Assembly: GCA_017938835.1 (NCBI GenBank)
Contig: JAGBAT010000001.1
Span: 1 to 50,956, forward strand
DNA: 50,956 nt
Reading direction: 5' to 3'
Source of the DNA: Oscillospiraceae bacterium
Lineage (GTDB): Bacteria > Bacillota > Clostridia > Oscillospirales > Oscillospiraceae
Of this stretch, positions 37,743-46,894 are shown piece after piece. Every line of letters starts with the position of its first letter. The stretch's first letter is position 1. The position numbers were made by a program, and so were the translations under genes. Below the pieces are notes generated by a model. The model saw only the letters and a program-made list of their open reading frames with translations. It was not told the DNA's origin and did no database searches.

Positions 37743-38606
37743 ATGTGGATTGCACATAACTGGAACGATTTTGAAGTGCTGGATTGCTCCAACGGCGAAA
37801 AGCTGGAGCGCTGGGGAGACTATTATCTGGTGCGCCCTGACCCTCAGGCGATTTGGAGCACTCCCCGCAAAAATCCCAAGTGGAAGACTCGCGATGCGTC
37901 TTATAGCCGCAGCAACACCGGCGGTGGCGCATGGAACAAGAGCAAGCTGCCCGAGCGCTGGACGGTTGATTATAAGGATTTGACCTTTAATATCAAACCC
38001 ATGAATTTTAAGCATACCGGTTTGTTCCCCGAACAAGCTGCAAACTGGGACTACGCGATGGACAAGATCCGCAATGCGGGCCGCCCCATCAAGGTGTTGA
38101 ACCTGTTTGCATATACCGGCGGTGCTACCGTTGCCTGTCTGAAGGCAGGGGCAAGTGTGACGCATGTGGACGCTGCCAAGGGTATGGTGGCATGGGCAAA
38201 GGAAAATGCCCAATCCTCCGGTGTCATCGACCGCCCTGTCCGCTGGATCGTAGAAGACTGCGCCAAGTTCGTAGAGCGTGAGATTCGCCGCGGCAACAAG
38301 TACGATGCCATCATTATGGACCCGCCTTCCTACGGCAGAGGCCCCGGCGGCGAAGTCTGGAAGCTGGAAGAAAACCTGTGGCCCTTTGTGGAATTGGTTT
38401 CCAAGGTGCTCAGCGATGATCCGCTGTTTGTCATCATCAGCTCCTACACCACCGGCCTGTCCCCCAGCGTGCTGACTTATATTGCGGAGAGTATCTTTAC
38501 CAAAAAGTACGGCTGCGGCCATGCGGAAAGCCGTGAGCTGGGTCTGCCCGTGAAGGACACCGGATTGGTACTGCCCTGCGGCTCAGCCTGCCACTGGGAA
38601 AAATAA
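37743..38606 (+). CDS. Class I SAM-dependent (rRNA-type, RlmI/RlmK-like) methyltransferase
   Basis: SAM-binding motif VLNLFAYTGG and catalytic motif IIMDPPSYG. Confidence 0.8.
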   Translation: MWIAHNWNDFEVLDCSNGEKLERWGDYYLVRPDPQAIWSTPRKNPKWKTRDASYSRSNTGGGAWNKSKLPERWTVDYKDLTFNIKPMNFKHTGLFPEQAANWDYAMDKIRNAGRPIKVLNLFAYTGGATVACLKAGASVTHVDAAKGMVAWAKENAQSSGVIDRPVRWIVEDCAKFVEREIRRGNKYDAIIMDPPSYGRGPGGEVWKLEENLWPFVELVSKVLSDDPLFVIISSYTTGLSPSVLTYIAESIFTKKYGCGHAESRELGLPVKDTGLVLPCGSACHWEK

Positions 38607-38765
38607 GCGCTCTGCACCTTCGATGAAGCTCCGCAAAGAGGTTCATCGAGAATTGCTCCTGCGAAACGCAGTGAGCGGAGAAGTATGATCCGTCACGCAT
38701 AGGTCGCGACGAATCAAGGATTGAATTTTGTTTCGCCTGTTAGGCGAATTGTGCGAAGCTAAAGG
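38607..38765 (+). repeat. 3-prime intergenic repeat element homologous to 36468-36590
   Basis: Shared ordered blocks are TTCGATGAA, AATTGC, GCAG..GAG, GTAT, CACGC.CAT, GTCGCGAC, GGATYGAATYTT, a TTCG..CGAA hairpin and GCGARGC. The core from GTCGCGAC onward is about 40/59 identical by hand alignment. Confidence 0.65.
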
Positions 38766-38777
38766 AATTTATTTTCT

Positions 38778-39602
38778 ATGATTCGAGTAGAACATCTGAC
38801 ATATCAATATCCCGATACCGACACCGATGCGGTGAAGGATGTGTCGCTGACCATTGAAAAGGGCAGCTTTGTGGCGATCCTCGGCCACAACGGCTCCGGC
38901 AAGAGCACGCTGGCAAAGCACTTCAACGGTATCCTGCAGCCCACTGAGGGCAAGGTCTATGTAGCGGGGATGGACACCTCTGACCCGGACAATGTGCTGA
39001 ATATCCGCCGTACCGTGGGTATGGTTTTCCAGAACCCCGACAACCAGATCGTCGCCAACATTGTGGAAGATGACGTGGCCTTTGCGCCTGAAAATCTGGG
39101 TGTGCCCAGTGCTGAGATCCGTCAGCGTGTGGACGAGGCGCTGAAGCTGGTGGGCATGTATGACTATCGCATGCACTCTCCTCATCTGCTGTCCGGCGGC
39201 CAGAAGCAGCGCGTGGCCATTGCAGGTGTTATTGCCATGCGTCCGGACTGTATTGTGCTGGACGAAGCCACCGCAATGCTGGACCCGGTAGGGCGTCAGG
39301 AAGTGATCAAGACCATCACCAAACTGTGCCGGGAACAGGGCATCACCGTGGTGCACATCACCCATCACATGGAAGAGTGTATCGACGCGGACCGCCTCAT
39401 TATCATGAGTGACGGTAAGATCGTGGCTGACGGTGCGCCTAAGACTGTTTTTTCTCAGGTGGACATGCTGCGCAGTCAGGGCCTGACCGTGCCTGCTACC
39501 ACCGATCTCATTGACCGCCTGAACAAAGGCGGGCTGAACCTGAATATTGAAGCACTTTCTGTTGAAGATTGTGTCAACGAAATTGCGAATGCTTTGATTT
39601 AA
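38778..39602 (+). CDS. ecfA1: ECF transporter ATPase component
   Basis: Walker A GHNGSGKST, signature LSGGQKQR, and the conserved ecfA1-ecfA2-ecfT-truA order. Confidence 0.9.
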   Translation: MIRVEHLTYQYPDTDTDAVKDVSLTIEKGSFVAILGHNGSGKSTLAKHFNGILQPTEGKVYVAGMDTSDPDNVLNIRRTVGMVFQNPDNQIVANIVEDDVAFAPENLGVPSAEIRQRVDEALKLVGMYDYRMHSPHLLSGGQKQRVAIAGVIAMRPDCIVLDEATAMLDPVGRQEVIKTITKLCREQGITVVHITHHMEECIDADRLIIMSDGKIVADGAPKTVFSQVDMLRSQGLTVPATTDLIDRLNKGGLNLNIEALSVEDCVNEIANALI

Positions 39603-39641
39603 ACTTCTCTGCGTGTTTCAACGCGCGGAAAGGATTGAACT

Positions 39642-40508
39642 ATGACTCCGATTTTGAAAACAGAGGCACTGACCCACCGTTACAGCGTGGGTACGCCGTT
39701 TGAAAATACTGCCATCGACTCCATTGAACTGGAAATCCCGCGGGGACAGTTCGTGGGTCTGATCGGCCATACAGGCTCCGGAAAATCTACCTTTATTCAG
39801 CACCTGAACGGACTGTTGAAGCCCACTGCCGGTACAGTGTATTATGAGGGCAAGGATATTTTTGCCAGCAAAGTTGCCACCCGAGATGTGCGCTTCAAGG
39901 TAGGTCTGGTGTTCCAGTATCCCGAATATCAGCTGTTTGAAGAGACTGTTTATGCGGATATCGCTTTTGGCCCCAAAAACCAGAAGCTGTCTGCTGCGGA
40001 AGTGGATGAGCGTGTGCGGGAAGCCGCAGCGTTTGTCGGCATCAGCGATGACATGTTTGAAAAGTCTCCGCTGGAACTGTCCGGCGGTCAGAAGCGCCGT
40101 GTGGCCATTGCGGGCGTCATTGCTATGCGCCCCGGCGTGCTGGTGCTGGACGAGCCTACCGCAGGACTGGATCCGGAAGCCAGAGAGAGCCTGTTTAAAA
40201 ACATTGAAGATTACCGTAACTCCACCGGCTCCACAGTGGTGCTGGTCACCCACAGTATGGATGATGTGGCCCGCATTGCTGACCGTCTTGTGGTCATGGA
40301 TCACGGCAGAGTGGTTATGGATGGCACCCCCGAGCAGGTGTTCTCCCGTCCGGAAGAGCTGACTGCTATGGGCCTGACCGTACCTGTTGCCACCCAGATC
40401 GCCATGGAGCTGCGCAAGCGTGGGGTGGACATCCCCGATGCGATCTATACTACCTCTTACCTGAGCAAGGTACTCCTGAAATGGAAGGAGGTACATGATC
40501 ATGCTTAA
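39642..40508 (+). CDS. ecfA2: ECF transporter ATPase component
   Basis: Walker A GHTGSGKST, signature LSGGQKRR. Confidence 0.9.
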   Translation: MTPILKTEALTHRYSVGTPFENTAIDSIELEIPRGQFVGLIGHTGSGKSTFIQHLNGLLKPTAGTVYYEGKDIFASKVATRDVRFKVGLVFQYPEYQLFEETVYADIAFGPKNQKLSAAEVDERVREAAAFVGISDDMFEKSPLELSGGQKRRVAIAGVIAMRPGVLVLDEPTAGLDPEARESLFKNIEDYRNSTGSTVVLVTHSMDDVARIADRLVVMDHGRVVMDGTPEQVFSRPEELTAMGLTVPVATQIAMELRKRGVDIPDAIYTTSYLSKVLLKWKEVHDHA

Positions 40509-41304
40509 AGATATTACCTTGGGTCAATATTTCCCCGGTGACAGCGTTGTTCATAAAATGGACCCCCGCACTAAGCTCATCATGGTGGTGCTGTACATCG
40601 TTGCGCTGTTTCTGGCAGACGGCTTTGCCGGTTATGCGGTGATGATCCTTGTGACTGCCGGGTTTGTGTGGCTGTCCAAGGTGCCCCCGAAGTCTCTGTT
40701 CAAGGGATTAAAGCCGGTGCTGATCATTATTGTGCTGACCGCAGTTCTGAATGTGTTCTATACCGATGGCACGGTACTGGTGCAGGTTTGGAAGCTGAAG
40801 ATCACCTATGAAGGCATCATTAGGGCCGTATTCATGGTATTGCGTATCGTGATGCTGATTTGCGGCACCTTCCTGCTGACCTATACCACCGCTCCCGTAG
40901 CACTGACCGACGGCATGGAGCTGCTGCTGCACCCGCTGAACAAGCTGAAGGTACCTGTTCACGAAATGAGCATGATGATGAGCATGGCCCTGCGATTTAT
41001 CCCTACCCTCATCGAGGAAACGGATAAGATCATGTCTGCCCAGAAGGCACGCGGTGCGGACTTTGAAACCGGCAGCCTGATCGACCGGGCTAAGGCGTTG
41101 CTGCCTATTCTGGTACCTTTGTTCATCTCTGCTTTCCGCAGAGCGGACGAGCTGGCCATTGCTATGGAAAGTCGCTGCTACAACGGCGGCGCAGGCCGCA
41201 CGCGCATGAAGCAGCTGCGCTATGAACGTAGAGACTATCTTGCACTGGTATTCGGTGTTTTGCTGATCGCTGGTATGATCGGACTGCAGGTGGTGGGCGT
41301 ATGA
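40495..41304 (+). CDS. ecfT: ECF transporter transmembrane component
   Basis: EcfT/CbiQ-like multi-TM protein with the conserved ARG motif (AQKARGADF). Confidence 0.9.
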   Translation: MIMLKDITLGQYFPGDSVVHKMDPRTKLIMVVLYIVALFLADGFAGYAVMILVTAGFVWLSKVPPKSLFKGLKPVLIIIVLTAVLNVFYTDGTVLVQVWKLKITYEGIIRAVFMVLRIVMLICGTFLLTYTTAPVALTDGMELLLHPLNKLKVPVHEMSMMMSMALRFIPTLIEETDKIMSAQKARGADFETGSLIDRAKALLPILVPLFISAFRRADELAIAMESRCYNGGAGRTRMKQLRYERRDYLALVFGVLLIAGMIGLQVVGV

Positions 41305-42065
41305 GAAATATTGCGTTGCGGCTGATGTACGATGGCTCTGCCTATCACGGTTGGCAGGTGCAGAAAACGGAAGTGACTGTGGCAGAGACGCTGGAAAAGG
41401 CTCTGACAAAGATTTGCGGCGAACCCATCAAGGTGGTGGGCTGCGGCAGGACCGATGCAGGGGTCCACGCCAACCGCTACTGTGCCAACTTCCGTACCAA
41501 TTCCCGTATTCCCATTGACCGTATCCCTCTGGCGGTGAACAGCCGCCTTCCTGCGGATATTGCGGTGGTGGATGCCTGTGAGGCCCCTGAGGACTTCAAT
41601 GCCATCGGCTCCTGCATCCAGAAGGAATACATATATAAAATCAAGAATTCCCGCATTCGCGACCCGTTTTTGCAAAATCGAGTATGCTTCTATCCATCAA
41701 AGCTGGACTTGGACCGGATGCAGCGTGCAGCCCACGCCTTTGTGGGTACCCACGATTTTCGGGCGGTCCGCAGTGTAGGGACTGAGACCCGCACCACCGT
41801 CCGAACGGTGAAATGGTGTGAGGTGAAACAGGAGGGAGACATCCTTACGCTGGCGGTCTGTGCTGACGGCTTCCTGTACAACATGGTGCGCGCCATTGTG
41901 GGCACCTGTGTCTATGCTTCCCACGGAAAGCTGGAGCCTGAGGAGATCCCGCATTTGCTGGAGATCGGTGACCGCCGCCTGACCGGCCCTACCATGCCGC
42001 CGCAGGGGCTTTACATGAATCGGCTCTGGTATGAGGGCGAAGTTGGCGAAATGATGATGCGATAA
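41301..42065 (+). CDS. truA: tRNA pseudouridine(38-40) synthase
   Basis: Catalytic motif GCGRTDAGVHA. ATGA overlap with ecfT. Confidence 0.9.
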   Translation: MRNIALRLMYDGSAYHGWQVQKTEVTVAETLEKALTKICGEPIKVVGCGRTDAGVHANRYCANFRTNSRIPIDRIPLAVNSRLPADIAVVDACEAPEDFNAIGSCIQKEYIYKIKNSRIRDPFLQNRVCFYPSKLDLDRMQRAAHAFVGTHDFRAVRSVGTETRTTVRTVKWCEVKQEGDILTLAVCADGFLYNMVRAIVGTCVYASHGKLEPEEIPHLLEIGDRRLTGPTMPPQGLYMNRLWYEGEVGEMMMR

Positions 42066-42249
42066 GCGTTCAACGGAAAGTCAGCGAAGCTTTTAGCGAA
42101 ATTTCAGGGAAATGTATATTTGTTCATAATTTTATGATATATCTGTTATATGGACCCACTTGTCCGGAATACAGTACATTACCCGACAGAAACCAAATCC
42201 TCCTGCGGCGGCAGTCCAAAGCAGGGAAATAAGATAGGGGTTATAAAGT

Positions 42250-42966
42250 ATGAAATGGGTTATTGACCTAATGATATTGGCGGTTCTGCTGCTAGGTGCA
42301 TGGAACGGCTACAAAAAAGGCCTGATCATGGAAATTGGTGCACTGCTGTGTATCATTGTATCTCTGTATGGGGCCAGCCTGATTGCAAATACCTTCTCTT
42401 ATGAAGTGGTGTCTGCAGTCAAGCCCTTCGCAGGTGGTTTTATTGAATCTGTGATTTCTAACGATGTGCCCGAACGACTGGGCTATGATCTAAACGAATA
42501 TTCCATCAGCGACGTGGTGGAGTCTGATCCGGAGAAGGCTTATGATGTGGCCAAAACCACATTCCAGTGCCTCGGTATCTATGAAGATACCTCTGCAGAT
42601 CTGGCAGAAAAAGTGCAGACCTATGCAACGGAAAATGTGGTGTCTCTGAAAAGCGCCATTGTGGATGTAGCCTGCAATACGATTGTGTATGCAGCGGCTG
42701 TGACGCTGTGCTTTGCGATCATTCTCATCTTCCTGACCTTTGTTGGCAATTTGCCCAATCTGTCCTTCCGTCTGCCCAATATGGAAGAGGTGGATGAGAT
42801 CGGCGGCGCAGTAGTCGGTCTGCTGCGCGGTGTATTCCTGTGCCTGCTGGCGGTGTGGGTGCTGAAGTTTACCGGTCTGCTGATCGGGGAAGATACTTTG
42901 AGCACTACCATTTTGGGTAAGCTGCTGGCAAAGATCGGAATCGTTTCTTTCTTCCTGGGTGTTTGA
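42250..42966 (+). CDS. cvpA: CvpA family membrane protein
   Basis: CvpA-like N-terminus (DLMILAVLLLGAWNGYKKGL) and 4 or more TM helices. Confidence 0.7.
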   Translation: MKWVIDLMILAVLLLGAWNGYKKGLIMEIGALLCIIVSLYGASLIANTFSYEVVSAVKPFAGGFIESVISNDVPERLGYDLNEYSISDVVESDPEKAYDVAKTTFQCLGIYEDTSADLAEKVQTYATENVVSLKSAIVDVACNTIVYAAAVTLCFAIILIFLTFVGNLPNLSFRLPNMEEVDEIGGAVVGLLRGVFLCLLAVWVLKFTGLLIGEDTLSTTILGKLLAKIGIVSFFLGV

Positions 42967-43016
42967 TGCCCGTCCGGCCATGTGACCGGGAAAATTTGAT
43001 GTAGGAGATTTACTAT

Positions 43017-45356
43017 ATGCAGCCTCAAATGTGTGCCCGCTGCAAGAAAAATGCAGCTGTGGTATTCGTAACCAAATTCGATGGCGTGGAATCCAAGAAC
43101 GAAGGCCTGTGCCTGAAGTGCGCAAAGCAGCTTGGCATCAAGCCCATCGACGACATGATTGAAAAAATGGGTCTGACCGAAGACGATCTGGATGAGCTGT
43201 CCGGTCAGGTCATGAACGCCATGGGCGATCTGGAAAGTCTGGGCGCCATGCTCGGCGGCGGTATGCAGGGCGACGATACAGACGATGACTCCGAAGGCGA
43301 TGATGGCAAAACTGCCACATTCCCCTTTATGAATCGCCTGTTCGGCGGCAGCAATCCTCCGGAAAACTATAATCCTGCCGGTGGGAACAACAGTAACAGC
43401 AATGCAGGTGGTTCTGCGTCTTCCGATAAGAAGGCCAAGGGCAAGAAGGGAAAGTTCCTGGACGGTTACTGTATCAACCTGACCATGCGTGCCCGTGAGG
43501 GTAAGCTGGACAATATGATCGGTCGTCAGGAGGAGCTGGAGCGCGTGATCCAGATCCTGAACCGCCGCCAGAAGAACAATCCCTGTCTCATCGGTGAACC
43601 CGGCGTCGGTAAGACTGCGATTGCCGAGGGGTTGGCCATGGCCATTGCCAAGGGGCAGGTGCCTTATAAGCTCCGCGATAAGCAGGTCTATCTGGTGGAT
43701 ATGACCGCTCTGGTGGCAGGGACCCAGTTCCGTGGCCAGTTCGAGTCCCGCATGAAGGGGCTGATTGATGAGGTCAAGAAGCAGGGCAATGTCATTTTGG
43801 TCATTGACGAGATCCATAACATTGTCGGTGCAGGTGATGCAGAGGGCAGCATGAACGCTGCTAACATCCTGAAGCCTGCCCTGAGCCGTGGTGAGATCCA
43901 GGTCATTGGTGCCACAACATTCAAGGAATACCGTAAGTTTATTGAAAAAGACACCGCACTGGAACGCCGTTTCCAGCCTGTTACCGTAGCTGAACCGTCC
44001 ATTGCAGACTCCATTGAGATTATGCAGGGGATCAAGGGCTACTATGAAGACTACCATCAGGTAGACATTTCCGACGAAATGTGCCGACTGGCAGTTACCA
44101 TGTCCGAACGTTATATCACCGATCGCTTCCTGCCCGATAAGGCCATCGACCTGATCGACGAAGCATGCTCCGATGTAAACCTGAAAGACCGGGACCTGAC
44201 CCGCCGTTTGATGGTGGAGCAGGAGCTGGCAGACTATGCCAAGGAACAGGAATTGCTGCTCAGCGATACCGAAAACGAGCACTATGCCCGTCTGGCGGAG
44301 ATTCGCAGCAAGACTATGCAGCTGAACGATGAGCTGCTGACCCTGCAGGCAAAGGGCAGACCGAAGCTCACCGCAGATAACATTGCCCGCATCATTGAGC
44401 TGTGGACCAAGATTCCTGCTGCCAACATCAAGGAAGATGAGTTTGCCCGTCTGGCAGGGCTCAATGACCGTCTGAAAGCACACATCATCGGTCAGGATGA
44501 AGCTGTGGATACCGTCTGTGCTGCTGTGAAGCGCAGCCGTGTGGGACTGCAGGCAAAGCGCAAGCCCCTGTCCTTTATCTTCGTGGGCGGTTCCGGCGTG
44601 GGTAAGACCGAACTGGTCAAGCGTCTGGCAGAAGACCTGTTTGATTCACCCGAATCGCTGATTCGTCTGGATATGTCTGAGTTTATGGAAAAATTCGCGG
44701 TCAGCCGCATCGTGGGATCTCCTCCCGGCTATGTTGGCTATGACGAAGCAGGCCAGCTCACCGAGAAGATCCGCCGCCGTCCCTACAGTGTGGTGCTCTT
44801 CGATGAAATCGAAAAGGCCCACCCTGACGTGCTGAACATCCTGCTGCAGATTCTGGACGACGGTCACATCACCGATGCACAGGGCCGTGTGGTCAACTTT
44901 GAAAATACCGTCATTGTCATGACCACCAACGCAGGCAGCAATTCCAAGTCCGGCAGTCTGGGCTTCGGCGCCAGCCTGACGGAGATGAGCCGTGAAAAGG
45001 CTATGAAAGCTTTGGGCGAATTCCTGCGTCCCGAGTTTATCAATCGTGTGGATGAGATTATCAGCTTCAACGCCCTCAGCGAAGCGAACCTGCGCGACAT
45101 TGCTGTTCTCATGCTCAATGAGACCCGTGAAGCGATGGCAAGCAAGAACATTGCGTTCACTTATGACGAATCTGTTCCCGACTATCTGGTGAAAAAAGGA
45201 TACAGTGTGGCCTACGGCGCCCGTAATCTCCGCCGCTTGATCCAGCGAGAGATCGAGGACGCAGTGGCAACGGAAATGGTGGATAACCGCCGCGGTAATG
45301 TGTCCAAGGTATTCGTCACTGTTGTGGACGGCAAGGTACAGGTGCAGTCCGAGTAA
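43017..45356 (+). CDS. ClpC/ClpA-type double AAA+ Clp ATPase with a CxxC-x22-CxxC N-terminus instead of a Clp_N domain
   Basis: Walker A motifs GEPGVGKTA and GGSGVGKTE. Candidate ClpP-docking loop SLGFG. Cys6, Cys9, Cys32 and Cys35. Confidence 0.85.
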   Translation: MQPQMCARCKKNAAVVFVTKFDGVESKNEGLCLKCAKQLGIKPIDDMIEKMGLTEDDLDELSGQVMNAMGDLESLGAMLGGGMQGDDTDDDSEGDDGKTATFPFMNRLFGGSNPPENYNPAGGNNSNSNAGGSASSDKKAKGKKGKFLDGYCINLTMRAREGKLDNMIGRQEELERVIQILNRRQKNNPCLIGEPGVGKTAIAEGLAMAIAKGQVPYKLRDKQVYLVDMTALVAGTQFRGQFESRMKGLIDEVKKQGNVILVIDEIHNIVGAGDAEGSMNAANILKPALSRGEIQVIGATTFKEYRKFIEKDTALERRFQPVTVAEPSIADSIEIMQGIKGYYEDYHQVDISDEMCRLAVTMSERYITDRFLPDKAIDLIDEACSDVNLKDRDLTRRLMVEQELADYAKEQELLLSDTENEHYARLAEIRSKTMQLNDELLTLQAKGRPKLTADNIARIIELWTKIPAANIKEDEFARLAGLNDRLKAHIIGQDEAVDTVCAAVKRSRVGLQAKRKPLSFIFVGGSGVGKTELVKRLAEDLFDSPESLIRLDMSEFMEKFAVSRIVGSPPGYVGYDEAGQLTEKIRRRPYSVVLFDEIEKAHPDVLNILLQILDDGHITDAQGRVVNFENTVIVMTTNAGSNSKSGSLGFGASLTEMSREKAMKALGEFLRPEFINRVDEIISFNALSEANLRDIAVLMLNETREAMASKNIAFTYDESVPDYLVKKGYSVAYGARNLRRLIQREIEDAVATEMVDNRRGNVSKVFVTVVDGKVQVQSE

Positions 45357-45500
45357 TTTCCAAGCTACAGAACCCCAAAGAGGGTTTCTGCCAAAGAACT
45401 CCTGCCTGGGGCGATGAGTGCGGCAGCTTGACTGCGCGTACTCGCTTTGCGCTCACACTGGCGGGCTGAATAGGATTTTTGTCACCCACATGCCCCGACA
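45357..45500 (+). repeat. Weaker member of the 3-prime intergenic repeat family
   Basis: It shares CAAAGAGG, CTCCTGC (45399-45405 vs 38656-38662), GATGAGTGCGG and GAATAGGATTTTTGT with 38631-38731, in the same order. Confidence 0.4.
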
Positions 45501-45541
45501 AAATGTACAGCCCGATAATTCTCCCAAAAGGAGGAACCGAC

Positions 45542-46171
45542 ATGAAACTGAATCCTACAAAAACGGCACTGTTGGTCATTGATATGCAGGAGGGATTTCT
45601 GAATCCGGAATCCCCCACCTATATCCCCATGGCATGGGGGACCGTGCCCCGATGCGCAGCAGTGCAGCGGAAAGCCAGAGCGTTGGGCATCCCGGTGTAC
45701 TTCATTGTCCGCAACTATGCCTCTGACGGCACGGACGTGGAATTCACCCGCTATTTTGCATGGAAACAGGGCGGTAAGCCCTGTTCCGGTCCGGAGAGCC
45801 CCATTGGCTGGAATATGCCCGAAGAATTCCAGGTGCTTCCCGGGGATACGGTGCTGTATAAGCCGCGGTACTCTGCCTTCTTTAACACCCATCTGGACGG
45901 TATCCTGCGCCGGAAGGGCATTGATACCATTGTGGTTACCGGCACGACTACGCCCAACTGCATCCGTGCAACGGTGTTTGACTCGATCAGCCTGGACTAT
46001 AATACTGTGGTATTGGATGACTGCACCTCTTCCGTCAATGAGGAAATACAGAGGGTGAATATGCAGGGAATGCAGACCATCGGTGCAGTGATTGCCAATG
46101 CAGAGGATTTTCTGTGTGAACAAATTGACCTGCCTGTGACCATTGATATGGTGCGGGAGGATTTAGCCTGA
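45542..46171 (+). CDS. Isochorismatase-family cysteine hydrolase (nicotinamidase-like)
   Basis: ALLVIDMQ motif and the catalytic Cys context TGTTTPNCIRAT. AAAGGAGGA RBS before ATG 45542. Confidence 0.8.
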   Translation: MKLNPTKTALLVIDMQEGFLNPESPTYIPMAWGTVPRCAAVQRKARALGIPVYFIVRNYASDGTDVEFTRYFAWKQGGKPCSGPESPIGWNMPEEFQVLPGDTVLYKPRYSAFFNTHLDGILRRKGIDTIVVTGTTTPNCIRATVFDSISLDYNTVVLDDCTSSVNEEIQRVNMQGMQTIGAVIANAEDFLCEQIDLPVTIDMVREDLA

Positions 46172-46309
46172 GCAATATCATCCCAACCCGTTTCTGAGAG
46201 CATATGGGTTGTTGCCCATCAAAGAATAAAACGAAGCCTGGCGTGAAAAGACGCCCCGTGAAGCGAGTTCGGATGATAATGCTCAGGCTATACAAAGGAG
46301 AACTGTAAT

Positions 46310-46813
46310 ATGGGTACCATTGAAATCATTCAGGGTGACATCACCCGTCAGGACGTTGATGCCATCGTCAATGCTGCCAACACCTCTCTGTTGGGCGGCG
46401 GCGGTGTAGACGGCGCGATCCATCGTGCAGCAGGTCCGGAACTGCTGAAGGAATGCCGCACGCTCAACGGCTGCCAGACCGGCAAAGCAAAGATCACCAA
46501 GGGCTATAACCTGCTGGCAAAGCATGTGATCCACACTCCCGGCCCCATATGGCGCGGCGGCAAGAACGGCGAACCGGAGCTGCTGGCAAGCTGCTATCGT
46601 TCCTGTCTGGAGCTGGCCTCCGCCAATGGCTGCAAGACTGTGGATTTTCCCTCTATCAGCACTGGCGTGTATCATTTCCCGTTGGATAAGGCATCTGTAA
46701 TCGCCATTTCCACCATCAAGGCATATCTGGCTGACCATCCCGAAATTGAACGGGTTCGCATGGTTTGCTTTGATGCCAATACCAAGAAGTACTACGAAGA
46801 CGCGCTTGGCTGA
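46310..46813 (+). CDS. Macro domain protein (O-acetyl-ADP-ribose deacetylase-like)
   Basis: [15 protein letters not shown] and [10 protein letters not shown] motifs. Confidence 0.9.
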   Translation: MGTIEIIQGDITRQDVDAIVNAANTSLLGGGGVDGAIHRAAGPELLKECRTLNGCQTGKAKITKGYNLLAKHVIHTPGPIWRGGKNGEPELLASCYRSCLELASANGCKTVDFPSISTGVYHFPLDKASVIAISTIKAYLADHPEIERVRMVCFDANTKKYYEDALG

Positions 46814-46849
46814 GAAGAGCCCTGCCCTACGGCGACGTACGAAGTTAGC

Positions 46850-46884
46850 AAAAGAGCACTGACATATTTGTCAGTGCTCTTTTG
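46850..46884. terminator. Bidirectional terminator between convergent genes
   Basis: AAAAGAGCACTGACA-TATTT-GTCAGTGCTCTTTT. Confidence 0.85.
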
Positions 46885-46894
46885 TTATAGGTCG

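Noticed and set aside
46204-46308. A 34-codon basic upstream ORF ([34 protein letters not shown]) ending 1 nt before the macro domain start.
   Set aside because: There is no properly spaced RBS (GAGAG is only 3 nt from the ATG) and it overlaps the real RBS of the macro gene. I have no way to test conservation, so it is probably fortuitous.
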